NCBI RefSeq assembly: GCF_018977255.1 | Contig: NW_024704743.1 | Span: 39,744,001-39,808,000, forward strand | Direction of reading: 5' to 3' | DNA length: 64,000 nt | Source of the DNA: Callorhinchus milii | Taxonomy: Eukaryota | Shown here: piece by piece, positions 13,734 to 26,099 of the stretch | Numbering within the stretch: the first letter of the stretch is position 1 | How the letters are laid out: every line of letters starts with the position of its first letter | Translations under genes and position numbers: made by a program | The notes under the pieces: model-generated | What the model was told of the DNA's origin: nothing | What the model saw: the letters and a program-made list of their open reading frames with translations, nothing else | Databases searched by the model: none

Positions 13734-13940
13734 CACTTTCCTTTCTCCATCGATGCTGCCTGACCTGCTGAGTGTTTCCAGCAACTCCTTTTTCTGTTTT
13801 GTGATGCACTTTAAATTAAGTAAGTGCTCCAGTGAGAGTGTGCATTTTATTCCAATAATCTATCTCTGAAATTTCTATGTGTAGGTTTGATGTATGGAAT
13901 TCTCAGTTTGGTTTGGATACTGTTAAGCATGGTGATGTTA

Positions 13941-15420
13941 AGCTACCGGCCCATCTCCAACCTCCCCTTCCTGTCCAAGGTCCTTGAAAGAGTTGTCGCC
14001 TCCCAGCTGCGCTCTTTCCTCTCCACCCATGCATTATTCGAACCCCTTCAGTCGGGTTTCCGTGCTGCCCATAGCACAGAAACTGCCCTGGTCAAGGTCA
14101 CTAATGACATCTTGATCATCTGCGACCAGGGCTCCCTCTGCCTCCTCGTCCTCCTCGACCTATTGACCGCATTCGATACGGTCAACCACGCTATCCTCCT
14201 CCACCACTTCTCCTCCCACCTCAACCTTCAAGGCCCTGTCCTTGAGTGGTTTAGGTTGTACCTCTCCCACCGTCTTCATTTTGTTCCCACAAACGGCTTT
14301 TCCTCCGGCCCCCGCACTGTCTCGTGCGGTGTCCCTCAGGGTTCTTTCCTCTGTCCCCTCCTTCACCCTCTACATGCTCCCCCTTGGTGACATCATCCGC
14401 AGACATGGGGGTTAACTTCCACATGTATGCGGATGACACCCAACTCTACCTTTCTTCTTCTACCCTCAACTCCATGACCACTGATGTCCTGACAGCCTGC
14501 CTGTCCGACATTGAGTCATGGACGAGAGACAACTTTCTTCAGCTTAACGTGTGCAAAACTGAGGCCCTCCTGATTGGCTCGCGTCAGCGCCTCCGCACCT
14601 CAGGCACTGACAGCATCAGCATCCAAGGCTGCACTGCCCTCTCAAAGCCAGTCAGGAACCTCGGGGTTCTGTTCGACCCTGAGCTGTCCTTTCTTCCTCA
14701 TATCCGCACCACAACTGGCACCGCTTTCCATCACCTCCGAAACATCACCAGACTACGGCACTACCTCACCCCTCACGCTGCTGAAACCCTGGTCCACGCT
14801 TTTATCACCTCAAGGCTGGACTATGGGAACTCTCTCCTCGTCGGCCTTCCCGGCACCTCCCTCCACAAGCTGCAGGTCATTCAGAACTCTGCAGCTCATG
14901 TACTGTCCCGCACCAGGCTTCGGCACCACATCACTCCCACCCTCGCTCGCCTCCACTGGCTCCCCATCCCCCAGAGGATCGAATTCAAGATCCTCATCCT
15001 CAACTACAAAGCCATTCACGGCCTTGCTCCCTCCTACCTCTCCGACCTACTGTCCCCCAACTTACCTGCCCATACCCTCCGTTTCTCTGGCTCCGGTCTG
15101 CTCCACATCCCCCGCCCCAACCGCCCTACCATCTGTGGCCGGGCCTTCAGCCTCTCAGCCCCGAGGCTCTGGAACTCCATCCACCAATGTCTTCGCCTTG
15201 CTTCCTCCCTTTCCTCCTTCAAGGCCGGTCTCAAGACCTTTCTCTTCGACAGTGCCTTCAGCTCCCCTCTCGACTCTCTACCCCCTCCTCGCTCCCTCCC
15301 TTCCCTCCCCTCACCCTGACCATTTACCCCCTGCTCGGGTCCCGACCCAATTTCCAGCGCCTTGGGATGTCCTCCCAACGTGAAAGGCGCTCTATAAATG
15401 AAATCTTGTTGTTGTTGTTG
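13941..15420 (+). mobile_element. L2 LINE, 5'-truncated, with most of the RT domain and C-terminus; one frameshift near 14360
   Basis: YRPISNLPFLSKVLE, QSGFR..HSTETAL, LDL..AFDTVNH, GVPQGS, YADD at about 14426, SRLDYGNS, LHWLP. Stop at 15319, then tail and (TTG)n. Confidence 0.96.
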
Positions 15421-17551
15421 ATGGATTTCTTTATATTTCAGATGCCTGGTTGACTTTAAATAAACTCATTGGTTAAACCATCTGTATGCACCAAGTTAAA
15501 TGGCAGCATCCACTGTTTTTGAATTGAATTATTCAACACAGTTCAATTCAAACGTTTTAACATGCTTTAATAATAGTAATCAATAATAATATTCAATGAT
15601 ATTCAATTCATACTGTTGCTGACTAATTCAAATAAATTGTGTAATCTGGCAAATGGTTTGTTTTTAAAAATTGTGCTAATCAAATGCCTTTCAATTTTCC
15701 CTTTACAAGTTTATTCCCCTCTACCTTCTCCCTGACTCATTTCAACTTGATTTAGCTCCTTTTATCTGTAATTTGGGAGCAAGTTTTCCACAGTTCTCAG
15801 AACAAAGTTAAGAATTTTCCACAACTCAACTTGATCTTAAATGTTAAGACAAAAATTGCTGGGTGAATTTTGGGAGAATTTGTAGCATTCCAACTGAAAT
15901 GAGCTAACTCAAGAAAAAATGGAATTTGAACCCTTCCAGTCTGTATAGCTTGAAGCTGCAGATTTAAATTTTGTTTTAATGAAAACAAAAGTTCTATGTC
16001 CCTAATCCAAGCCTATAAAACACAAATCTGCAAACCAAGTAACAAGCAAAATCTTCAGGTCATATCATTGAAAGACACAAATTATCGGCAAATTTAAAAT
16101 GCTTTCCTTCTGTTCTCCAAAGTGCTTTTTTTTTACAGGATGAATTGGATCCAATTTAATCTTGATTTGTCATGAGTAATGTTGAGTGCTGTGGTTATTT
16201 TTAGCCATTCTTTATTAATCAGATTATTAATATTGATTTATTATGCCCATTTACTAAGATTGAGTGTTCCTGCAAAGTCAATATTTTCCAATTCCCGAAT
16301 ACAATGAAGAGCTGCTATCATTGCCACAGAGTGGCTGTCAATGGCCACCCTTGAAAAGTAACATTTCCAGTTGGCTGCACTACGGGACTAAATACAAGAC
16401 TCCAGACTTTCTTTGCTCCATGATGGAAATAGGCATTCAGAAGCATTTCAAAACTATTGGAGCAGCAGATGATGACAGTTGATTTATGTCCTTAATCTCT
16501 CACTGTATCAAACCGACCATGAGATAATTCAGTCTACTTATCTTCTGTCAGCACTTCTATTTCTGCATGGAAGAAGAGAAAAATGAAATGATTTTCTCCT
16601 TCTCGCTAGAAAGTTTGTCACGATCATGGCCAGCATGAATTGAAGAGGTTAGACAGGAAACCTAACTGAAACATTTGCCACTCACTGAACAATCATGTCA
16701 GAAGACATTCTTGGGGCTAAATGGTTCAAATAACTGAAGCATGGTTCTTTCTCTCTTTAGGAGACCTTGGTTGAAATTCAGTCCAGGACAAGAAAAAAAG
16801 AAGGCATCTTGTCATTGACAGATTTTCACAAATGAATTAAGATCTGATGTTTGTACCTCATTCTCCAATGAGGTATGATTTTTTAGCACAGAACTTTCCT
16901 TTAATGAGGGTAGTTTTTACAGTCTAATCCCAAAGGAGCCAATTGCACAATTTAAAATACATTAAAAAAAGGAATTTCAATCTTCCTGAGGCAACAAGAG
17001 AGGCAAGCTTTGCCAGTTTTGGTGAAGATATATTGCTTAAAAACTTGTTCTTTATTATCATACATTTTATGTTTTCCATTATCTGATATGTTATGCGTGT
17101 TGGTGCCATCGATAAGTTTATAAAAATGTCTTTAACGAGATTAAAGGGGAATAGAATTGACACCCATTGATTTGAAGAGACAAAAATACATATAGAAATG
17201 CTTCCATTTCAAAAGACTTGAAACTAGCAAAAATGCAATTAACTTTAAGTGAAAATTAGGTTAGGTGGATTATTAACAAAACAGAACTCTCATCTTTTCC
17301 ATTTAATTAATTAGCTGCTTCCCTGATTTAATTCATGCCAGAACTTCTGATGCTGATGGTGTGAGATAAAGCCATTTGCTCCACAGGCAAAATTTTCTGA
17401 TCCTATCAAGCATTGAGTAGCAGCATATTTGCAAATCTGAATTGAATTTATCTGCTGTCTCCTCCTTTTCTGTGAGGAGACAGCAGATAAACAAATGGAC
17501 TTACAAGAAATGCAATGGAAGTTGTGAGATTGTAGGATTTGTAAGGAAGTG

Positions 17552-17860
17552 GAGTCCTGTATCACATTAGTTGGATTTGATTCCTGGGCAGGGGAAACTT
17601 TAGGCACGCTTCTTTACTCCACATGATGTTTACCTAACAGTAAATAGGAATCTGGTTTTAGTTAATTGGCAGATAACTTTACCGGGGGTAGTTTTTTTTA
17701 GATAATAATTTGGTCACTCAATCCACGACTGTTTGTGGAACACTGCTATGCGGAATTGGCTGCTGCGATTCTGCGACAAAATATACTTTATAGTATATTC
17801 TGTGAAGCACTTTGAGAAATCTTGACGACGTGATAAGACACTTTATCAAATGTAAATGCA
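17552..17860 (+). mobile_element. tRNA-derived SINE, long subfamily, degenerate
   Basis: ggagtcctgta head, tttacctaacagtaaatagg insert, ggtcactcaatccacgactgtttgtgg body. Confidence 0.8.
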
Positions 17861-18797
17861 AAAATTAAGACCAAAAAATGGCCTGTTTAAAGAGTGACCT
17901 CTATAATTTTTCTGTTTTTCCTCTTTTCAAATTTTCTCCTCACTTAAAGGTAGTGATTCATGCTGAAGTACGATGCTGCACACCACAATAATAAAATAAT
18001 CATATTCCTTACATTTTGTGTAGTGGCTTTCACAGTGTGAGGATGTCTCAAAGCCCCACATGATTTACTGTAAAATGGAGTGACTGTGTTTATGGGTGAA
18101 TGGCACAAGGGGAGTCTAGGAATGAGCCCAGACAGAAAGTATTATTTGAGGCACACAACAAAGTTTGCTCCTTATTCAACATCCAAATACACGCACAAAC
18201 GTTCAGGTTGAAGCCATGGGATGATGTTTCTGGAGCAGAAACACTGGGTATTTTGTCTTCTCCTGATCACCAATGTGCTGCAGACAAGCAGTCTACAGCT
18301 ATTTACCTATTTATTTATTCAAAAACTTGTAGGAAAATCTTCTCAAAATAAATATGATTGTTCAGGCTTAAAGATGAAAATTCAAGTATGGCAATCTTGA
18401 TTAATATTATCAGAGATGTTTCTACATCTTTTGTTACAACTCAGTCCGAACTCTGTCTTGTGATTGTGTAACTAAATCACCTCAATAAAATAATATCACC
18501 AACATGTTTCCCTGAATAGACGCTGAGATGCTATGCTGTATGAAGGGTGCTATATAAATGTAAGTTGTTGTTGTATACCTTTTGCACCTGGATTAATGAA
18601 ATCAACTGGAAATAGTAGCAGCATTAACATAATCAACATATTAATTCTCATCCTAACTCTTTTCAGGTTTGTGTAGAAAGAGCAGATGGATATAGAATCA
18701 TAGAAATTATATCACAGAGTACCACATTCAGCCTACAGCCTAACTGGAGTTAGTTACTTAACTGAAACTATCCCATTTCCCATCTTATCTTTCATCT

Positions 18798-19646
18798 ACA
18801 ACAAGATTCAACAACAAGATTCCATTTATAAAGCGCCTTTCACGTCAGGAGGACGTCCCAAGGCGCTGCACAGTTGGGTCATGACCCGAGCAGGGGGGAA
18901 ATGGTCAGGGTGAGGGGAGGGGAGGGAGCGAGGAGGGGGGAAATGGTCAGGGTGAGGGGAGGGATGGGAGGGAGCGAGAAGGGGGAAGAGAGTCGAGAGG
19001 GGAGCTGAAGGCTCAAAGAGAAAGGTTTTGAGACCGGCCTTGAAGGAGGAGAGGGAGGAAGCAAGGCGAAGGCACTGGGGGATAGAGTTCCAGAGCCTGG
19101 GGGCTGAGAGCCTGAAGGCCCAACCAGCGATGGTAGGGCGATTGGGGCGGGGGACGTGGAGCAGACCGGAGCCGGAGGAACGGAGGGTACGGGCAGGTAG
19201 GTGGGGGGATAGTAGGTTGGAGAGGTAGGAGGGAGCAAGGCCGTGAATGGTCTTGTAGGTGAGGATGAGGATCTTGAAATCAATCCTCTGGGGGATGGGG
19301 AGCCAGTGGAGGCGAGCGAGGGTGGGAGTGATGTGGTCCCGAAGCCTGGTGCGGGACAGTACACGAGCTGCAGAGTTCTGAATGACCTGCAGTGTGGAGG
19401 GAGGTGGCGGGAAGGCCGGCGAGGAGAGAGTTCCCATAGTCCAGCCTTGAGGTGATAAAGGCGTGGACCAGGGTTTCAGCAGCGAGAGGGGTGAGGTAAT
19501 GCCGTAGTCTGGCGATGTTCCGGAGGTGATGGAAGGCGGTGCCAGTTGTGGTGCGGATGTGAGGGAGAAAGGACAGCTCAGGGTCGAACAAAACGCCGAG
19601 GTTCCTGACTGGCTTTGAGAGGTGGAGAGTGCAGCCTTGGATGCTG
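18798..19646 (-). mobile_element. L2 3' fragment, young, with a duplicated 3' segment
   Basis: Minus-strand ORFs FDPELSFLPHIRTT... and LHWLPIPQRIDFKIL. Very similar to 14620-15420. Confidence 0.95.
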
Positions 19647-20473
19647 TAACCTATATATGTTTTTCAAATTATTTTCAAATTCCCCTTTAAATAAAGTTAT
19701 GTAATATTAGCTTCAGTCTGGGAGCTCATTTGATTGTCTTTAGACAGGGAAGAACTTTACATCTTTTCTTCCCCCAAATTGATTATTTGTTTTGTTCCTT
19801 TGTCTATCCAAAAGGAGACTGAGTCACCAGCAACGCAAACGATGTGCAGGTTAAAGCAATGGAGCCTCTTATAACTGAATGCTTAGAATGCACTAAACAC
19901 ATTGTGAAATATATGAAATAATATGAAATATTATTTTATATGAATATCAAATCAAGTGAAGATGTCAGCATAATTTTAGGTTTGATGTGTCAAATGAGTT
20001 TCTCCATTTCAAAGGATAAGCTCCCAACAACATTTGATTAGAAATTTAGATCACTGATGATATTTTGAGCCTTTATTGCATAACTTCATGATCATTGCTG
20101 CAAATGATCCATTAGGTGTGAATTAGTCCTCCCATTGTACCTCCTACATGTTGCACTTAACATGTATGTGGTTTTGCCTGTTGCAAATAGATCTACTGTA
20201 GCTGATAAAAGCTGCAGTTATAACATTAACATTAACAGAAGGAGACAGTGGCACACTTTACAGCTCAGTCTGCTGATTGACACAGACATTCATTGATTTT
20301 GTTTCACTTCTGATGACCTGGTTGATTTGCAGGCAAAGTGATATCTACATTCCACTTTTCAAATCACGGATCACAGTAAAAAAAACGTAGCTTCGTGTGA
20401 TTCGGGATGCTTTTTGTGTGTTCCAAAGAAAGTAAGCTGACAAGCAAGTGTTTAGAACAAATAAGTGCAAATA

Positions 20474-20906
20474 AATAATAATAATAATAATCCTTGCATT
20501 TGTTGTAGTGCTACATCATGTTTTTGAAACGTCTCAAGAACATCACAGGATATACTATAAAGTGGATTGGCTGAGCATTTTGTAAGTGAGACACGGCAGC
20601 CAGTTCGCGTATAGCAATATTCCACAGAAGTGAGTGAAAGATTTTTATTTGGGGGATTTGTTGGCCAGGACACTCGGAAGAACTCTTTTCTCTTTTCGAA
20701 CAGTGCCATGAGATATTTAACGTCCACCTGAACCAGCAGATGGGACCTTGGTTTAGCATCTCATCCAAAGGACGATACTTACAACAGTGCAACACCACCC
20801 CCAGTGCTGTAGTGGTGTGTCCGCTTGGCCTATGTGATTCCAAGTCCTGATGTGGGACTTATACCCACAACCTTCTGACTCATAGGCTACCACTGTGCCA
20901 GGTTGA
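20474..20906 (-). mobile_element. Deu-domain SINE (DeuSINE type)
   Basis: Minus strand reads gtcctttggatgagatgctaaaccaaggtcccatctgctggttcaggtggacgttaaatatctcatggcactg, the Deu core as I recall it. Same tail as the other SINEs. Confidence 0.8.
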
Positions 20907-21314
20907 CAGACAAATGAGAAAAAAAAATGGTCAGATAGCTAAGATTCACAGTGGAGTTTTTATATATTCCCCCCTTGTAAATACTTATCTGGGAGGAAAG
21001 CTCTCAGGAATCACTCACCCAACTCCAACTCTCCACATTACAGTCAGCTCTGACCTGTCAGCTATGATGGAGCTCCTTTCAACAGAGAATTATTACAGAG
21101 GACATTGATGCCCATAGCAGTATTGAAGAAAACATTACTGTCCCTTAACCCCAATAAATAAAACTTTCTCACAAACAGTATTTTCTATTTTAGTTTCTCC
21201 TTTGGAAAACTCTAATTGTATGAGGGAGTTCCAATTACTGTAATTCAGTTTCTTTATTAAAAGGCCTTCCAGATGCTCTCATTGTAATTTTTTCAATACA
21301 TGAATAAATTCCGT

Positions 21315-22068
21315 TGAGTTTAGGAGGTTGAGGGGTGATTTGATTGAGGTATTTAAGACCTTAAAGGGATTTGACAGGGTAGGAGTCCTGTAGCTCAGCG
21401 GAGTCCTGTAGCTCAGTGGAGTCCTGTAGCTCAGTTGTTAGAGCAATCTCTTTGCAATCGAGAGACCTGAGTTCAATTCCAGGCAGGGCGAAACCTTGGG
21501 CAAGTTTCCTTACTCCACACGCCTAATAATAATCCCTCCAAAAAACCAAAACAATAATAAATTGGTCATTTTCAATCTACGACTGTTTTTGTGACATTGC
21601 TGTACGCAATTGGCTGCCGGGTTCGCCCACAGTCAATTCACTTTACAGTGTGTTATATGAAGCACTTAAGGACGTCCTCCCGACGTGAAAAGCGCTATAT
21701 CAATGCAAGGATTATTATTATAGATACAGAGAAGCTATTTCCTCTGGTGGGGGAATCCAAAACAAGGGGGCATAGACTTAAAATTAGAACCAGGCCATTT
21801 AAGAGTGAAATCAGGAACCATTTTTTCATTCAAAGGGTGGTAGAAATCTGCAATTCTCTCCCCAAAAACCTGTGGATGCTGGATTCATCCACACCTTTAA
21901 GAGTGAGGTTGATAGATTTTTGGTAGGTCAGGGTATTAAGGGATATGGGGAGAAAGCGAGAAATCTGAATTGAAAGGTTGAGTTGAGGTACAGATCAGCC
22001 ATGATCTAATTAAATGGTGGAACAGGCTCGAAGGACTGAACGGCCTCCTCCTGTTCCTATGTTTCTAA
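21315..22068 (+). mobile_element. CR1 3' fragment interrupted by a SINE
   Basis: RRLRGDLIEVFK...FDRV / DTEKLFPLVGESKTRGHRLKI is continuous across the SINE. CR1 tail at 22020-22068. Confidence 0.9.
21382..21721 (+). mobile_element. tRNA-derived SINE, short subfamily, with a triplicated 18-nt head
   Basis: (ggagtcctgtagctcagy)x3, then the normal body and (ATT)n. Confidence 0.92.
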
Positions 22069-23769
22069 GACCTGATTTTACAAATGTAGAATGTTACATA
22101 TCTCTCCAATTGTTGGGATTCCATTAAAAGCTCACTCTGCCAAAGACTTAATTTTACCAAACAACAGAGAACCAATTCATCAAGCTAGGTAAATTTATCA
22201 TACTGGTTGACTTATTGCTCCCAATATATTGTGTGCTAATATAAATTCTGATGCTGTTCCTCCGTAAGGTCAAATTTTAAGATTAGTGAGGATGAAGTTG
22301 ACCTTTTTGGGAAAGGGTGGATTGCAGAAACAATATAAATGGATTCTAGTGTAGATCAAAGTGAATTTCTGAACTGCTCTGCTTATCTCATCCCTTCTCT
22401 TATTTCAGACTAACAAAAGGCAGTGGTACCAGACAGGACTAGTTCAGTTAGATCTCCCTCCAGGATATCCACCTCTGTTATTTGAATAGTTATATCACCC
22501 TTACTATTTTTATGCTTGCCTAGATTTGTATTTCTGATGTGAGAACATAAAATTGAAATCACCTATTGAGATTTTGAGTTTGGCTTGATTCTCTTAAACA
22601 TGGTGATGGAAGAAACTTTAAAGGATTGTTTCATTTTCTAAATAACATTCCTATTTCTTGCCCTCTGAAACAACATCACAGAACTGTTTTGCCATTAGCA
22701 ACATACTTGCTGTGAAAGACATAATTTATTTAATGTCAAAGGTGTAACTTGTGCCCAGCACATTAATAAAATGAATGCAATCTGTGATTTGTCAGAATGA
22801 ATGATTCCTTATCTGTTTCACTGTGGTGAAAAGTGTGTGTGTATGTATTTCAATATTTACACCAGAAGATGGAGCAAAAGCTCCCTATCATTGTAATCCA
22901 AGCCTCTATCTTTAATTGTGCATAACAGAAAATGATTATTTCTGTATAAGTCACTGTGATTAATCAGGAAGGGTTTTTTTAAAAACAAAGTTGCCCTTGA
23001 AATGTAGTTCCTTCAAGAAGGGTATTCGGAAGAAGTGGGGTCTTAATGCTTTTCTTTCGTCAGCCGGGAGTCTGACCCATGTGAAAACTCATTGCTATAC
23101 TTAAGAATATCCAAGCAGATTGAGAGATCCATATACTTGGAGCACCTACACATGAAAATGTCTTTTTGTCTGAATTGGGATGTGCACTCTCTTCCTGGGA
23201 AGATGCACCCTGTCTACCGAATTTCAACGATTATCAGGTGCATGTTGGTGAGAGCCAAGGCTTGGGGACCTGAGTATACATTGGGTACTGCTAGAGTTTA
23301 ACCAGCTAAAACAACACAGGCTCAGGAAACTGACTACTGAGACGATGACAGAGGATTTACTTAATTTTGGCAAACATGTTATATTGCAGTTAGTTCAGCT
23401 CTAAGGAGACTCCACCTTACCCCCATCCCCGCCAAGAATAGTAGTCACTAATTGAGTTGGGTAAACCATGCATAAACCATGTGTAAATATGAGTACAGAG
23501 GTAATTACAGGTATACTTCAATACGTAATTAATAACCAGTGAAAACAATTGATTGCAAATTACATAATTAAGAGCACTTAATAAATTAAGAGCTGCTTTC
23601 GGCAGCTTTAAAACAAAAACCTGCATTTATATCATGCCCTTCATGTGGGGTGGTGTCGCAGAGATCTGATATCCTTATACATTTATATCACACCATTCAC
23701 ATGAAAGAAAATGTCAAAATACTTGACAAATCTAGTCATGAATACCAAGCAATGAAACATCAGGACAAG

Positions 23770-24020
23770 CTCATAAACTAGGCTGGCACTCCACTGTAAT
23801 GCAATATTTGGAGAGCAGTGACTTGTTAAGGTGCCCTTCTCCAAATAAGTCACTAAAACCGAGATCCCATCTCTGTTCAAGTTTAAGGTAAATATCCCAC
23901 GGCACCATTCTAACAGAAAAAGAAACATCTTCTAGTAGACTTGCAACACTCTTCCAGAATTGATCATTCTAGCAGTTTATGGGACCTTATTGTGGGCAAA
24001 ATGGCTACCACATATGCTTA
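23770..24020 (+). mobile_element. Highly decayed DeuSINE
   Basis: Remnants aggtgcccttctcc..taaaaccgag..taaatatcccacggcacca. Confidence 0.5.
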
Positions 24021-25483
24021 TAATGCAGGATCTTTATGTAAATTGGGATAGCCTGTAATCTCTATGAACTAGATGTGAGTTGGCAACATTACCATCTAGA
24101 AATAGATAGGATAGCACACCACTGCCTATTCCTGTCTATATCTTCCTGAAGTAATGTGGTTCCTGTTTGCATTTCAGAAAAGAAATGAGCCACTCTGCAG
24201 AGTTTATTGTATTATCAAGAATTAGAGCAATGGGGCTTTTGATGAAAGATTTTCTTTTAAAAAATTCAAGCAACAGAATTGGGTCAAACACATTTCCCCT
24301 GAGGGAGGCCATTGTGATTGTTATATTAAGAAAACTAACACTCATTTATCATAAGCTGATCTTTGTGTCCCCTAAGGAAGTCATGTATTTAGTTCAGCGA
24401 CTCACCATGTAGACCTCAAAAGGATAGTTTTTCAATGGATCTGGATTGCCATTTCTATCAATGGCTTTAGAATTGTCAATGATTTCTGCTCTAACCATTC
24501 TGGGTATGGAGAAAATTATATCCCCTCTGGACAATGAGTTTGAAAGGGGTATATATATGGATATGGAGAAAGGGAAGCTAAATGGGACTGAAAGGTTTGC
24601 TCTTAAAAGAACCAGTACAGACATGATAGGTTGAATGTGTTGTAAATTTCTATGGTTCTATGAAAGCAGTATAAGGCAGCCAATTTCTACTGAAGTAAAT
24701 CCAGTCATCAGACAGTAGATCATGGTTGAGACTTTACGTCTTATTCACTGTGGCTTCCGAGAACTTTGACGTGATTGTCAATTGAGTTACTAGTCTGACC
24801 TTGTTGTAAACACAATAGTTTTTACTGGTGTTTTTTGGAAGGGTTTCTTCCATTTGTGTCAATATTAAAAGTAAAATGCACCTTTAGTTTGATGTTTAAG
24901 TTGGAATTCTCTTTAAGATCTTTAAAGTGATCGACTGTGGAATTCAGACAATTGTGATTACATTCACCAACAAATATACAGTTAATAAACTTCCCAGTGT
25001 ATGAGCCATACAAGTCATATCAATCTGCACCCTCTTCATGCCCATCAAAATAGAAAAACAGACTTGAATGAACTGAATTCACCAAACCACCAATGACTCA
25101 GATTTCCCAGTGGTTTAAGCTGTCAAAAAGACTGACATTTCTTGATGAACTCAGTACCTAGGGCACAGCTCTATGGCTGATTACACCTTTGCTTCTCTTA
25201 TGGATGGATTCCTTTGAGTGCTAACTATTAGATAACCTTTGTGCTGAAGTTGTCGTCAATCTTTTTTGTTGCAGAACATAAATCACAGTTCCAGAATTAT
25301 AGTGGTTATTTATTGCTCATAGGTTAGTAGGTGGGAAGGGTCAGCGATCTTATAATGTGTCAGGTTATGTCAAAATGCATTTGGTTAATAGTTACCTCTG
25401 AACACTACATATAATGCAGAGTAAAGAAAATAATCCTTGCATTTGATATTGTACATTCACATCAGGAGGACATCTCAAAGAGC

Positions 25484-25852
25484 TTCTGGATTTCACTTTT
25501 TTTCTTCTTTCTCGTCTGAATTTCCCTTTATCCCATCTCTTCTCTGGATTTCCTTTTTTTATCTCTGTACTCCTATGGATTTACTGTTTTTCTTCTTTCT
25601 CCTCTGGATTTCCCTTTTCCCACTTTCTTCCTCTCTGAATTTTCGTTTTTCTCCCCTCTTCTCATCTGGATGTCCCTTTTTGTTTTTCTTTCTCCTCTGG
25701 ATTTCCATTTTTTCTTCTTTCTATACTGGATTTCCCTTTTTTTCTTCCCACTCCACTGGATTTCCATTTTTCCCTCTATGCTCCTCTGGATGTCCCTTTT
25801 CCTTTTCCTTCTCCTCTGGATTTCCCCTTTTTCTTCTTACTCCTCTGGATTG
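25484..25852. repeat. Pyrimidine-rich minisatellite, ~29-31 nt unit, ~12-13 copies
   Basis: The core ctcctctggatttcccttttt recurs at roughly 30-nt spacing. Confidence 0.85.
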
Positions 25853-26099
25853 CTATATTCTTCATAGAGAATTTTGCAAACCAGGAATAGGCACTGGTGA
25901 AGGGCCCACCTTAGGCAATAATTTGAAAGCAACAGAGGCTGTAGTGGAACTTCTAACTCCCATCAGTGAGAAAGAGGAGCAGTCAAGGTAGAACAAGCCA
26001 GGGAGCAGATCATTTGTCAATGAACATTATGTTCCTGTAACTGGTCGAATGCATGCTGTTTGTGCTCAGATTAATTAGGTTCAATAATCAATGTCTGTT

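Larger units (their letters stand above)
13081..13801. mobile_element. Penelope-like retroelement (PLE) remnant: inverted 3' repeat, GIY-YIG endonuclease C-terminus, 11-bp flanking direct repeat
   Basis: 13480-13650 encodes PELLVSCHFNSPSHSHSD...LQPSGLNIDFNN, the PLE endonuclease C-terminus. 13081-13479 is an inverted copy of the 3' region. tgatgcacttt occurs at 13070-13080 and 13802-13812. Confidence 0.88.

Noticed and set aside
13887..15319. Long ORFs as a host gene or an active LINE
   Set aside because: This is L2 ORF2 that is 5'-truncated (no endonuclease or ORF1) and frameshifted near 14360. The overlapping S/P-rich ORFs are alternate-frame shadows.
22409..23250. Plus-strand acceptor-like sites (~22409, ~23074) followed by short open frames
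   Set aside because: The translations are not recognisable, the donors are weak, and no consistent exon chain can be built.
25484..25852. CRISPR-like array, or a 184-aa membrane protein
   Set aside because: Eukaryotic context, no cas genes, and the 'spacers' are low-complexity variants of one unit. The ORF is a compositional artefact.
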